NCBI GenBank assembly: GCA_021792365.1
Contig: JAJYUT010000002.1
Coordinates: 452,313-516,312 of the forward strand
Reading direction: 5' to 3'
DNA: 64,000 nt
Source of the DNA: Pseudomonadota bacterium
Lineage (GTDB): Bacteria; Pseudomonadota; Alphaproteobacteria; Dongiales; Dongiaceae
Both the position numbers and the translations under genes were made by a program. Position 1 is the first letter of the stretch; every line of letters begins with the position of its first letter. The notes under the pieces were generated by a model that saw only the letters and a list, made by a program, of their open reading frames with translations, was not told where the DNA came from and did no database searches. Positions 1 through 9,535 of this stretch are shown piece after piece.

Positions 1-507
1 GTGGTCCAGGACGTAGATCACCTTGCCGTCCGGCAGCCGGCGCACCTCGACCGCTTCGGCATCGCCCACCAGCAGCTCCTCGCCGGTCGCATCGATGGTC
101 AAGGGGCGGCCGTCGAGCGTGATAACCGAGATCCGCTTGCCCGCGACATCTTCCGGCGCCAAGCGCAAGTCGGTCGCGCCACGTGCCAGGAATGCACGGC
201 GGTGTTCGCTGATCCCGGGCGACAGCAGTTCCTTCAGTTCGCTCTTCGGCAGCGTCTCGAACGCTGCGTCGGACGGGACGAACAGAGTCTGCGGCACCTT
301 CCCGTATTTCTCGAGACCGCCGAGCTCCATGATGCGGGTCCAGGTCTGAATGCCACCGGCGCCCGTCATGACATCAGCCACGCGCGCGACTTCCGGCTGC
401 GCGCCAGCATTCGTATTCATGGTCATGGCTTGCGAGTGTCCTTCGATGACGACACCCGCGCCTACGATCAATAGCGAAGTCGCTACTATCAATGTGGATA
501 TGCGCAT
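1..507 (-). CDS. Secreted fasciclin (FAS1) domain protein, 3' end truncated by window edge
   Basis: Manual translation from ATG at 507 (AGGAGG upstream): MRISTLIVATSLLIVGAGVVIEGHSQA signal-like N-terminus, FAS1 H1-like motif QTLFVPSDAAFETLP and H2-like GKVIYVLDH. Frame is open to position 1. Not in the ORF track because the stop is outside the window. Confidence 0.8.
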   Translation of the reverse strand, partial: MRISTLIVATSLLIVGAGVVIEGHSQAMTMNTNAGAQPEVARVADVMTGAGGIQTWTRIMELGGLEKYGKVPQTLFVPSDAAFETLPKSELKELLSPGISEHRRAFLARGATDLRLAPEDVAGKRISVITLDGRPLTIDATGEELLVGDAEAVEVRRLPDGKVIYVLDH

Positions 508-744
508 TGGTCCCTCCTCTGCGCGAACTGAGTTCTGATATGGTGACACATACGCAATGCTCAATATCTCAATCATCAAGGAGACTTGATGTGTGTGATG
601 GCGATCACAGGCACCTGGGCAATACCGCGACTTTTGACCGCTTTTTGACGCGGCAACCGAGGGCGTCGTGACATCCGCGGTGCGCGCAACTCCCTCAGCG
701 CCGTGTGGTCTCGGCGATTCGCCGCGCGACTCCGCCGCCATGTA

Positions 745-1188
745 ATGAACGCGATTGTCCAGACTCTGCTGACCAGGTCGCAAGCCGAACTCGATGCGCT
801 CTACAGCGCGCAGGAGGCGGGTCCGATTCCCGATGGACTGTCGGACGGCACGCTGATCATCGCGCCGGGCACCGGCGTCACGCGCCCGATAGCCCGGTTG
901 ATGAAGATGGCCTGGAGAGGCAAGGTGTTCGACGCACAGCGCAAAGCGATGTGCAATCGCGTGCTGCCGTTCGACATCAATGCGGTTGTCGCCAAGGTCT
1001 ATCGCGCGCCGAGCTGGCTCGACGGCAAGGAGTGCATCGTGCTCGACTACGCAGAGACGTCGCTGGTGGCGCGATGGGTCCGCGACGAGATCCGGTCGAT
1101 CGCGCCCGGCCTCTATCTCGGCAAGGCGTATTGGGGCAGAGCGCGGCTGCTCGACTTCGCGCTCGACTTCGACGTCAGGCGCCGTTGA
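745..1188 (+). CDS. Conserved hypothetical protein
   Basis: Start MNAIVQTLL; globular-looking sequence with WRGKVFD, SWLDGKECIVLDY and RDEIRSIAPGLYLGKAY segments and normal codon usage. No function assignable. Confidence 0.7.
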   Translation: MNAIVQTLLTRSQAELDALYSAQEAGPIPDGLSDGTLIIAPGTGVTRPIARLMKMAWRGKVFDAQRKAMCNRVLPFDINAVVAKVYRAPSWLDGKECIVLDYAETSLVARWVRDEIRSIAPGLYLGKAYWGRARLLDFALDFDVRRR

Positions 1189-1777
1189 GCCGGCGCGGTC
1201 CGCTGACATAGGGACTTCCGCGCTCGTAGAAGCGGCGGAGATGGTGCGCTTCCCGACTGATCCCGATGCGCGTGCTGGCGCCGACCGCGCCAGTCGGATG
1301 AGCGGAAGCTGCAAGCCACAGCGGGCCTTTGGCGCAGAGATCGATTCCGTCGAGATCGCGATCGATCGCCATGGCGGCCGCGAGGCGGCCCGGCCCGCGG
1401 GCAAGGTCACGCAGCTTGTCCGTTCCGCGGCGGCGGCGCATCAGGGGGACCCCCTCCAGCGGCTCGAGGGCGCGGATCAGGATGCCGGCGCCGATGCGCG
1501 CAGGCTCGCTGCTCACGTTGAAGCAGTAGCAGGCGCCATAGGCCAGGTAGACGTAGCCATGGCCGGGCCGCAGGAACATGGAGCGCCGCGCCGGCGTCTC
1601 GCCGCGAAAGGCGTGGCTGCTGGAATCGCCCGGCGGGTAGGCCTCGGTTTCGACGATGCGCCCGCTCGTGCATCCATCCGCATGATCGCGCACCAGGACC
1701 TTGCCGATGAGAAAGCGCGCCATCGCCATCGACTCCGATGGCAGCTCGCTGCGGCGGAGCAGCCGATAGCGCTGCAA
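1175..1777 (-). CDS. mpg: DNA-3-methyladenine glycosylase (AAG/MPG family)
   Basis: GRIVETEAY, GHGYVYLAYG, CFNVSSE, GILIRALEP, LARGPGRLAAAM and RIGIS motifs. Start uncertain; TTG at 1777 chosen. Confidence 0.88.
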   Translation of the reverse strand: MQRYRLLRRSELPSESMAMARFLIGKVLVRDHADGCTSGRIVETEAYPPGDSSSHAFRGETPARRSMFLRPGHGYVYLAYGACYCFNVSSEPARIGAGILIRALEPLEGVPLMRRRRGTDKLRDLARGPGRLAAAMAIDRDLDGIDLCAKGPLWLAASAHPTGAVGASTRIGISREAHHLRRFYERGSPYVSGPRRLNGA

Positions 1778-1800
1778 CTGGCGCTCTAAGGTCGCGCGGC

Positions 1801-2355
1801 TTAAGCCGAATGCGCCGCCACGCTGGCGGTGACCACCGGCGCGCCGCCCCGGCGGGCATTCGCGTTGGCCGGATGGCGCAGCTCGATCACCGTCAGCCTG
1901 CCATCGGAAGCCGGCTGGTACCAGGCGCTGAACTCCTTGAGCGCGGCGAGATAGCCGTCGATCGACTTGTCCTCCGGCAGCTCGACGGAATCGATGCCGC
2001 AACGGGTCATGTAGAGATACTGGTCGCGCAGGATCGTGCCGATGCCGCGCAGCTCGCCCTTGTAGCCGAGCTTGTCGCGCAGGATGCGCGCCTGGGAAAA
2101 GGCGCGGCCATCCGTGAACTTGGGAAACTCGACCTCGATCAGCGACAGGCGGTGCACATCCTGGCCGAGCGCCTGGGGCGCCTCGTCGTTCTTCAGCCGC
2201 ACGCCCACCGGCGCGTTGCGGCCGCGCAGGCTCTCGCCCTCGGCCTGCCAGCGCTTCAGGCTGACGGTCACCGGTTCGTCGACCGGGATCGCCGCGTCAT
2301 CGCCGACAAAGCGCCAGTTATTCGGCTGCAGTGCGCCGTGCTGGAGCAGAGCCAT
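1801..2355 (-). CDS. DUF934 family protein (sulfite-reduction operon)
   Basis: IEVEFPKFTDGRAFSQARILRDKLGYKGELRGIG and DQYLYMTRCGID motifs; position downstream of cysI. Confidence 0.85.
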   Translation of the reverse strand: MALLQHGALQPNNWRFVGDDAAIPVDEPVTVSLKRWQAEGESLRGRNAPVGVRLKNDEAPQALGQDVHRLSLIEVEFPKFTDGRAFSQARILRDKLGYKGELRGIGTILRDQYLYMTRCGIDSVELPEDKSIDGYLAALKEFSAWYQPASDGRLTVIELRHPANANARRGGAPVVTASVAAHSA

Positions 2356-4000
2356 AGAGAGCCTCCTTGAAGGGATCGACACCGGCGCGGCGGACGTAAT
2401 CCAGGAACCGTTCGCTGCGGTCGGTGCGGTTGGCGAGATAGGTGTTGATGATGGTGTCGATCGCCGGAACGATATCGTCCTCCGAGAAGGCCGCACCGAC
2501 GATCTTGCCCAGCGACGCATCCTCCTTGGACGAGCCGCCGACAGTCACCTGGTAGAATTCCTGCCCCTGCTTGTCCACGCCCAGGATACCGATATGGCCG
2601 ACATGATGGTGTCCGCAGGCATTGATGCAGCCGGAGATGTTGAGGCGCAACTCGCCGATCTCGTCCAGCTTGCGCGGGTCGCCGAAATGGCGTGACAGGC
2701 GCTGCGCCACCGGAATGGAGCGCGCATTGGCCAGGTTGCAGTAATCGAGCCCCGGGCAGGCGATGATGTCGCTGATGAAGCCGAGATTGGAGGTCGCTAG
2801 CTTCGCCGGCTTCAGCCGCTGCCACAACGCGAACAGGTCGCGCTTGCGCACATACGGCAGCACGACGTTCTGGTGATGCGTGATGCGCACCTCGCCCAGC
2901 GAAAACGCGTCGGCAACCTCCGCCAACAGGTCCATCTGGTCCGCGGAGGCATCGCCAGGGACGCCGCCCTCGGACTTCAGGGCGATGTTGACGATCGCAT
3001 AGCCCGGCACCTGATGCTTCACCAGGTTGACGCGGGCCCAGCGGGCGAACTCGGGATGCTCGAGCTTCGCGGTTTCAAACGCCGGATCGATGTCAGGCAG
3101 CGTCTCGTAGGCCGGCGGCGCGAAATAGCGATGGATGCGGTCGACCTCCGCCTGCGGCAGGTGCAGCGGGCCGTCCTTGATCTTCTCCCATTCCTCCTCG
3201 ACCATCTGGGCGAACTTCTCGCCGCCGGTCGCCTGGACCAGGATCTTGATGCGCGCCTTGTAGATGTTGTCGCGCCGGCCGAGCAGGTTGTAGGTGCGGA
3301 GGATCGCCTCGAGATAGGAGAGCAGATGCTGCTTGGGCAGGAAGGCACGGCAGCGCACAGCGAGGATCGGCGTGCGGCCAAGGCCACCGCCGACCCAGAC
3401 TTCGAAGCCAGTCTCGCCCGCGTCGTTCTTCACAAGCCGCAAGCCGATATCGTGCGTGCGGATCGCCGCCCGATCGTCCTGCGCGCCGGTCACCGCGATC
3501 TTGAACTTGCGCGGCAGATAAGAGAATTCCGGGTGGAAGGTCGACCATTGCCGCACGATCTCCGCCCAGATGCGGGGATCCTCCACCTCGTCGGCAGCCA
3601 CGCCAGCAAATTGATCGGCTGTCACGTTGCGGATGCAATTGCCGCTGGTCTGGATCGCGTGCATTTCGACGTCGGCGAGATGCTGCAGAATGTCCGGCAC
3701 CTCCGGCAGCTGCGGCCAATGGAACTGGATGTTCTGTCGCGTGGTGAAATGGCCGAAGCCGCGATCGTAGCGTCGCGCGATATAGGCCAGCTTCCGCACC
3801 TGCCGCGACGACAGTACGCCATAAGGAATGGCAATGCGAAGCATGTAGGCGTGGAGCTGGAGATAGAGCCCGTTCTTCAGGCGCAGCGGACGGAACTGGT
3901 CTTCGGTCAATTCGCCGGCGAGGCGTCGCGCGACCTGGCCGCGGAACTGCTCGACCCGCTCGCGAACGATGGTGGCGTCGAATTCGTCGTAACGATACAT
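2318..4000 (-). CDS. cysI: Nitrite/sulfite reductase hemoprotein (CysI-like)
   Basis: MYRYDEFD start, GHFTTRQNIQF, QTSGNCIRNVT, siroheme/4Fe-4S ligands ACPGLDYC and SGCINACGHH. Confidence 0.92.
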   Translation of the reverse strand: MYRYDEFDATIVRERVEQFRGQVARRLAGELTEDQFRPLRLKNGLYLQLHAYMLRIAIPYGVLSSRQVRKLAYIARRYDRGFGHFTTRQNIQFHWPQLPEVPDILQHLADVEMHAIQTSGNCIRNVTADQFAGVAADEVEDPRIWAEIVRQWSTFHPEFSYLPRKFKIAVTGAQDDRAAIRTHDIGLRLVKNDAGETGFEVWVGGGLGRTPILAVRCRAFLPKQHLLSYLEAILRTYNLLGRRDNIYKARIKILVQATGGEKFAQMVEEEWEKIKDGPLHLPQAEVDRIHRYFAPPAYETLPDIDPAFETAKLEHPEFARWARVNLVKHQVPGYAIVNIALKSEGGVPGDASADQMDLLAEVADAFSLGEVRITHHQNVVLPYVRKRDLFALWQRLKPAKLATSNLGFISDIIACPGLDYCNLANARSIPVAQRLSRHFGDPRKLDEIGELRLNISGCINACGHHHVGHIGILGVDKQGQEFYQVTVGGSSKEDASLGKIVGAAFSEDDIVPAIDTIINTYLANRTDRSERFLDYVRRAGVDPFKEALYGSAPARRTAAE

Positions 4001-4007
4001 GCTTCAC

Positions 4008-4322
4008 TCAATCCGGAATGCGACCGGTCCACGAGCCCTGGTCGGGCGCGACCGACGGGTTGTGGTCGGCGCGGATGCGCTCGCGCGCGCTGGTCGGCTT
4101 CGGTCCCGCGTCCGTCACGGCCACGTCGAACAGATAGGGCTCGACCACGATCCGCGCCTTCACCGATTCCTTGCTCTCGTTCAGCGCGGTTTCCGCGCTC
4201 TCCTTGTCGTTCCAGACCGCGCCCTGGGCGAATGTTTCCGACCAGCCCTTGCCGGCCGTGAAATAGACCACCATGCCGTCCGACAGGCGGTTTGCCGTGA
4301 TCATCTGCGATGCCATCGCCAT
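4008..4322 (-). CDS. DUF2849 family protein
   Basis: ITANRLSDGMVVYF, VVEPYLFDV and RERIRA motifs; usual position between cysG and cysI. Confidence 0.83.
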   Translation of the reverse strand: MAMASQMITANRLSDGMVVYFTAGKGWSETFAQGAVWNDKESAETALNESKESVKARIVVEPYLFDVAVTDAGPKPTSARERIRADHNPSVAPDQGSWTGRIPD

Positions 4323-4329
4323 TTCTTCC

Positions 4330-5727
4330 CTATTCCGCCGCGGCCTTGAGATCGGCGCGCAGGCCGGCCTCCGCGGCGCGCGTCACCTCGCCGATAACCA
4401 GCAAGGCCGGGCCGGCCACGCCGTGACGGCGGATCAGGTCCGCGGCATCCTGCAATTCGCCCTTGACGACGCGCTGGTCCCAGCGCGTGCCGTTTTCCAC
4501 GATCGCGATCGGCGTCATTGCGCCCAGTCCGACGTCGATCAGCTTGTCGGCAATCTCGCCGGCCGCGCTTACGCCCATATAGACCACGATGGTCTGACGC
4601 GGATTGGCGAGCGCGCGCCAATCGAGATCGGCAATGCCGTCCTTGGAGTGGCCGCTGACGAACACAACGCTCGACGCATGATCGCGATGGGTCAGCGGGA
4701 AGCCGGCATAAGCGGCACAGCCGGTCGCGGCCGTGATGCCGGGCACGACATCGACACGGATGCCGGCCGCCAGCAGCGCATCGAGCTCCTCGCCGCCGCG
4801 TCCGAATACGAAGGGATCGCCGCCTTTGAGGCGCACGACGTGGCGCCCGGCCTTCGCCTCGGCGATCAGCAGCGCGTTGATCTCAGATTGCGGCATGGTG
4901 TGGTCGCCCTTGCGCTTGCCGGCGATGATGCGGCGCGCATCGCGACGCGCATATTCCAGCACCGAGGGATCGACCAGCTTGTCATAAACGATGACATCCG
5001 CCTCGCGCAGCGCGCGGGCTGCCCGCAGGGTCAGTAGTTCCGGATCGCCCGGCCCCGCACCGACCAGCGACACGCGGCCGGTTTCCGCTTTCGGCTCGCC
5101 GCGATTGACTGCGCGGATCAGGTCGCGCGTCGCGCGCTTCTCGTCGCCCGCCAGCACTGCGGCGGCGATCGGACCGCCGAGCACCTGATCCCAGAAGCGG
5201 CGGCGCGACGAAGTGTCGGCGATGCGCGCCTGGATCGCGGCGCGGAAACGCTGCGCGAATTGCGCCAGTCGGCCGAGCCCCGGCGGCAGCACGCTCTCGA
5301 TCGCCGCGCGCACGCGCTGCGCCAGGACAGGCGAAGCGCCATGGGTGGAGACCGCGACCACGATGTCGCCGCGATCGACGATCGCCGGCATGGTGAAATC
5401 GCTGAGTTCCGGACGATCGACGATGTTCACCAGCTTGCCCGCGCAGCGCGCCTGCGCCGCGATCGCGCGATCCTGCGCTTCATCGCCGGTCGCGCCGAAC
5501 ACCAGATCGGCGCGCGCGAGAGCCGCCGGCTCGATCGCACCCGGGGCGTGATACGCGCCCGTGTCGGCGATGGCGGCCAGCAGATCGGTGGACGGCTGGT
5601 CGGCATGGATGGTGACGCGCGCACCCGCCTGTCCCAACAGGCGCAGTTTGGCTGCTGCGGCGCTGCCCGCGCCAGCCAGCAGGACCGGCCGGCCCTCGAG
5701 CTTCAGGAACAGTGGAAAACTGCGCAT
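4330..5727 (-). CDS. cysG: Siroheme synthase
   Basis: N-terminal dehydrogenase/ferrochelatase (FPLFLKL, VNIVDRPELSDF) fused to a SUMT domain (LVGAGPGDPELLT, VVRLKGGDPFVFGRGGEE, VVPGITAA). Confidence 0.95.
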   Translation of the reverse strand: MRSFPLFLKLEGRPVLLAGAGSAAAAKLRLLGQAGARVTIHADQPSTDLLAAIADTGAYHAPGAIEPAALARADLVFGATGDEAQDRAIAAQARCAGKLVNIVDRPELSDFTMPAIVDRGDIVVAVSTHGASPVLAQRVRAAIESVLPPGLGRLAQFAQRFRAAIQARIADTSSRRRFWDQVLGGPIAAAVLAGDEKRATRDLIRAVNRGEPKAETGRVSLVGAGPGDPELLTLRAARALREADVIVYDKLVDPSVLEYARRDARRIIAGKRKGDHTMPQSEINALLIAEAKAGRHVVRLKGGDPFVFGRGGEELDALLAAGIRVDVVPGITAATGCAAYAGFPLTHRDHASSVVFVSGHSKDGIADLDWRALANPRQTIVVYMGVSAAGEIADKLIDVGLGAMTPIAIVENGTRWDQRVVKGELQDAADLIRRHGVAGPALLVIGEVTRAAEAGLRADLKAAAE

Positions 5728-5808
5728 CTAAATTCCACACCCAGAACCGTGGAAGACGCACGCGACGCGCCTTTTCCGACTAGTTAGGTCAGACATATCC
5801 CCAAGTCA

Positions 5809-5836
5809 ATCCGATTTTACAGTGTGAAAATCGGAT
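5809..5836. promoter_or_regulatory. Perfect 10-bp inverted repeat, candidate operator or hairpin
   Basis: ATCCGATTTT-N8-AAAATCGGAT in the AT-richer divergent cysG/zur intergenic region, about 80 bp upstream of cysG. Confidence 0.4.
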
Positions 5837-6065
5837 AAGGGCTCTGGAACTTGGAATGGGGTTCTTGCTTCCGCAAGAGGATATGGAAATGTGCCAATAG
5901 CAGCAATCGGTTATCTGAACGAAGGAATGCCTGTGCCGCGCTCGACTATTTCACACTTGTCCATAGCTATTTGCACTGGCCCAACGGAACTGCGATGATT
6001 GGCCCCTCTCGCGAAGGCGGGTCACGGGCCCTATACTGAGTCCAGGCCGCAATGGATTCGACCGG

Positions 6066-6557
6066 ATGAGCACACCCCAAGCCTTGCATCTCCACGACCA
6101 CCGCCTCTGCATCGACGACGCCCTCAGCCGCGCGGAAGTCGTGTGTGCCGAGCGCGGCGCCAAGATGACGCCGTTGCGCCGGCGGGTGCTGGAGCTGGTG
6201 TGGGACAGCCATGCGCCGATCGGGGCGTACGCGATCATGGAACTGCTGCGTGCGGCGGACGACCGGGCAGCCGCGCCGCCCACCGTCTACCGCGCCCTGG
6301 AGTTCCTGCTGGATCAGGGCCTGGTGCACAAGATCGAGAGCCTCAATGCGTTCGTGGGCTGCGACCGGCCGGAGGAGCGGCACGTGTCGCAGTTCCTGAT
6401 CTGCACGTCCTGCAAGGCTGCCGTGGAGCTCACCGACCCCGCCATCCTCAAGGCGGTGGAGGGCAGCGCTCAGAAATCCGGTTTCTCGTTCAAGCGCCTG
6501 ACCATCGAGGCGCAAGGCCTGTGCGCCACCTGCAGCAAGGCCTCACACGCCGCGTGA
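6066..6557 (+). CDS. zur: Fur-family regulator, Zur subfamily
   Basis: HDHRLC N-terminus, TPLRRRVLEL, PPTVYRALEFL, VHKIESLNAFVGC and two CxxC motifs (CTSC, CATC). Confidence 0.85.
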   Translation: MSTPQALHLHDHRLCIDDALSRAEVVCAERGAKMTPLRRRVLELVWDSHAPIGAYAIMELLRAADDRAAAPPTVYRALEFLLDQGLVHKIESLNAFVGCDRPEERHVSQFLICTSCKAAVELTDPAILKAVEGSAQKSGFSFKRLTIEAQGLCATCSKASHAA

Positions 6558-6687
6558 CCTGACCGGGCAGCGGATATTCCGCCTCAGATCATCCGATGTC
6601 ACATGATACGGCTCATTTCCCCGCCGGGAATGACTGCGCGCGCCATCTGTTCAGAGACCAGGCAAGTGCTGAAGAGAGGAAGGCGTA

Positions 6688-7035
6688 ATGAAAAGACTGA
6701 CATTGTTGGCCACTACGGTCGGGCTGGGTATCACCGCCGGGCCTGCCTTCGCATTCGACGACGGCATCGGTCACGGAGAAGATAGCGTGTGGACGGAATG
6801 CGGCACGCTCTGCATGCAGCAGCAAATGGGACCGGATGATGGCAATCGGCATGACAGGGACATGCGCGGGCCGAGCGAGCGCACGGAACGTTCGGCCGGA
6901 TTTGCCGCAGCGCGCAGTGACACTGGCGATAGTGACCTCGGCAACGAGATCGGCGAGGCCGCCGATGAAGCCGGCGATGCGATCGGCAACGCCGCGGGCG
7001 AGGTCGGCGATGCCATCGGAGACGCGTTCGACTGA
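6688..7035 (+). CDS. Small secreted acidic protein of unknown function
   Basis: GAGGAAGG RBS, signal peptide MKRLTLLATTVGLGITAGPAFA, CxxxC motif (CGTLC) and repetitive Gly/Ala/Asp/Glu C-terminus. Confidence 0.7.
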   Translation: MKRLTLLATTVGLGITAGPAFAFDDGIGHGEDSVWTECGTLCMQQQMGPDDGNRHDRDMRGPSERTERSAGFAAARSDTGDSDLGNEIGEAADEAGDAIGNAAGEVGDAIGDAFD

Positions 7036-7064
7036 CATGGCATGACCGCGGAAATGGCGGGCGT

Positions 7065-7832
7065 TCAGCCCATAAATTGCCCGCCATTCACCTCGATCAC
7101 CTGTCCGGTGACATAGCCGGAGAGCGCGTCCGAGGCGAGGAAGAGCGCCGTGCCCGCACAATCTTCCGCCGCTCCGAGCCGGGCCATCGGAATGGACTTG
7201 CGGGTGGATTCCATTTTTTCCGGAGTCGAGTGGCGTTCGTGGAACGCCGTGGCGATGGTGCCCGGCGACAGTGCGTTGACGCGGATGTCGTACATCGCCA
7301 GTTCGCGCGCGAGCGAGCGCGTGAAGGTCGAAACAAACGCCTTCGCGCCGCTATAGAGGCTTGAGCCCGGCGAGCCTCCAGTGCGCGCGGAGATCGAACT
7401 CACGTTTATGATCGAGCCGCCGTGTCCCTTCGCCCTCATGATGGTGGCGGCGGCGCGACAGGCGTGCACCAACTGGCGGGCATTGAGATCGATCACCGCA
7501 TCGAAGAACGCATCATCGACCGTGTCCAGAGGGCGGCGCGCGACCATGCCGCCGGCATTGTTCACCATGACGTCCAGCCGGCCGAACGCCTCGGTTGTGC
7601 GGTTCACCAGTTCCTCGGCCGCGTGGCTGTCAGTGATATCGCGCCGGATCAGCAGGGTCTCGCCGCCGGCTCGGCGGATCTGCTCGGCGACATAGGCAGC
7701 CTGCTCGCCCCCGGCATGATAGTGCACCGCGACCTTCATGCCGGCGGCGCCATAGGCGGCGGAGATGGCTCCGCCGATTCCGGTCGCGCCGCCGGTCACC
7801 AGCGCGACGCGGCCTTTCAGATCCTCGAACAT
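7065..7832 (-). CDS. Short-chain dehydrogenase/reductase
   Basis: TGGATGIG Rossmann motif, NNAG, YSGAK (YxxxK) and IRVNALSPG. Confidence 0.9.
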   Translation of the reverse strand: MFEDLKGRVALVTGGATGIGGAISAAYGAAGMKVAVHYHAGGEQAAYVAEQIRRAGGETLLIRRDITDSHAAEELVNRTTEAFGRLDVMVNNAGGMVARRPLDTVDDAFFDAVIDLNARQLVHACRAAATIMRAKGHGGSIINVSSISARTGGSPGSSLYSGAKAFVSTFTRSLARELAMYDIRVNALSPGTIATAFHERHSTPEKMESTRKSIPMARLGAAEDCAGTALFLASDALSGYVTGQVIEVNGGQFMG

Positions 7833-7881
7833 GGCTGCACTCTCCGCAGCCATGTTCGAGGTGTCAATGACTCGATTGCCG

Positions 7882-8790
7882 CTATGCGTGGGATGACGGC
7901 TGCTGGCGCGGGACCAGCTTGCGATAGAGGTGCCACGTGGCGTGGCACAGCACCGGCATGACCACGACCAAGCCGATGAAAAGCGGGATCGCGCCGGCGA
8001 TCAGCCCGCCGACCACCACCAGGCCCCAGACCGCGATCGGCACCGGATTGGCGAGCGCCGCGCGGATCGAGGTCTGGACCGCCGTGGCCAGGCCGACGTC
8101 ACGGTCCAGCAAGATCGGGAATGCGACCACGGTGGTCACCAGAGCCGCGACCGCGAACAGGAAGCCGACGCCGCAGCCGACAGCGATCAGCCACCAGCCG
8201 GCCTGAGTAAGGAACAGATCATGGATGAAGCGTCCCACCGTCTCCGCGCGGGTCGGCCCGTGGGTCGCCTCGTAGATGCCCCAGGCGCATAGCAGCCAGA
8301 GCAGGTACATCGCCACCAACAGCGTGCCGAGCAGCATGATGGCGCCGAAATTGCGGGAGCGCACCACGCTGAGGGCATTGGCCCAGCTATGGCTATCCGC
8401 GTGGTGGCGCTGGAGGTTGATCTCCCGCCGGCGGCTCATCTCGTAGAGGAAGACACCGACGAATGGGCCGAGGATGGCGGAGCCGGAGACGATCGGGAAT
8501 ACCAGCGGGATGAGCTCGTAGCGGAACGACGCCGCGATGACCAGCAGCGAAATGATCGGATAGACCACGATGAGGAAGATGATGTCCGTCCGGTAGGCCA
8601 TGAAATCATCGAAGCCCTTGGCCAGCACCTCCTTGAGGTCGCCAATTCCGATGCGGCTGACCGTCAGCGGCCGCGAGAACAGGCGCGTCGAGGTGCGCTG
8701 GACGGAGCGACTGGCCTGGCCGAACCCGCCGGCCACCTCGCGCAGTTCATCCACCACCCATTCAACGGGATTCCGGATCGCCTGAGGCAT
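7882..8790 (-). CDS. DUF2189-like integral membrane protein
   Basis: Several TM segments; GPFVGVFLYEMSRRRE, VAFPILLDRDV and MPVLCHATWHLYRKLV motifs. Confidence 0.8.
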   Translation of the reverse strand: MPQAIRNPVEWVVDELREVAGGFGQASRSVQRTSTRLFSRPLTVSRIGIGDLKEVLAKGFDDFMAYRTDIIFLIVVYPIISLLVIAASFRYELIPLVFPIVSGSAILGPFVGVFLYEMSRRREINLQRHHADSHSWANALSVVRSRNFGAIMLLGTLLVAMYLLWLLCAWGIYEATHGPTRAETVGRFIHDLFLTQAGWWLIAVGCGVGFLFAVAALVTTVVAFPILLDRDVGLATAVQTSIRAALANPVPIAVWGLVVVGGLIAGAIPLFIGLVVVMPVLCHATWHLYRKLVPRQQPSSHA

Positions 8791-8989
8791 GATGTTTCCT
8801 CCGAACGTCTTTGCGGTTCGAGAGGCCGTCAGCTCAGCGCCGCATCCTCGATGGGCCGCCGGCACGGGCTACCGCGCACGGCGCTGCCCAAGTCAGACAA
8901 TGTCGGGCCAAGCCACGACCAGTCTTGCAGTGGAGTATATGCCCGCGATCCGGCCGCGTCTGCCCCCTTGCCGGGGTCCGCGCGCGGAC

Positions 8990-9535
8990 CTAGGCCGGGC
9001 GGAGGCTCGCCGCCGCGTAGCGCATGAACTGGTCCAGGCCGGGCGTCGCCATGCCGACGATCTTGCCCTCGTCGTCCCAGCGGCGGAGCCTGATCGCGTC
9101 CTCCGCGAAGGGCTGGGCCGCGAAGCGGGCGCTCTCCTCCGCCGAGAGCAGGCCGCCCTGCAGCGTCAGGCTCTGCACGGAAGCCGGCGACAGCAGATCG
9201 AAATAACCGGGCTCCGTCGTCGCGAGGTAACGCTTGGCCGCGACGTGCAGGCGCACCGGCTCCGTCACCTCCGGCCCGAAATGGCGCGACAGCCAAGCCG
9301 AGCCGAGGCTCTCATGCTGCGCATCGATGCCGTGATCGGCGATGTCCTGCGGCAAGTCGTGGATCAGGTGTCCGATATCGTGCAGCAGGGTCGCTGCGAT
9401 CAGCGCCGGGCTCGCGCCGTCCCGCTCGGCGCACAGCGCGCATTGCAGCGCGTGCTCGAGTTGCGAGACGCCCTCGCCATAGGTCTCGCCGCCGCGGCGG
9501 GCGAAGGCCGCCTGGATCTCGTCCAGCACGCTCAT
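8990..9535 (-). CDS. phnZ: HD-domain diiron oxygenase, PhnZ/TmpB family (oxidative C-P cleavage)
   Basis: YGEGVSQLEHALQ, LLHDIGH, QHESLG, VRLHVAAKRYL, SLTLQGG and RRWDDEGK. ATG overlaps the TGA of the upstream dioxygenase. Confidence 0.88.
   Translation of the reverse strand: MSVLDEIQAAFARRGGETYGEGVSQLEHALQCALCAERDGASPALIAATLLHDIGHLIHDLPQDIADHGIDAQHESLGSAWLSRHFGPEVTEPVRLHVAAKRYLATTEPGYFDLLSPASVQSLTLQGGLLSAEESARFAAQPFAEDAIRLRRWDDEGKIVGMATPGLDQFMRYAAASLRPA

Noticed and set aside
8975-8990. 16-bp palindrome GGTCCGCGCGCGGACC right after the phn operon
   Set aside because: All-GC core in GC-rich DNA and no U-tract; could be a pause site but not supportable as a terminator.
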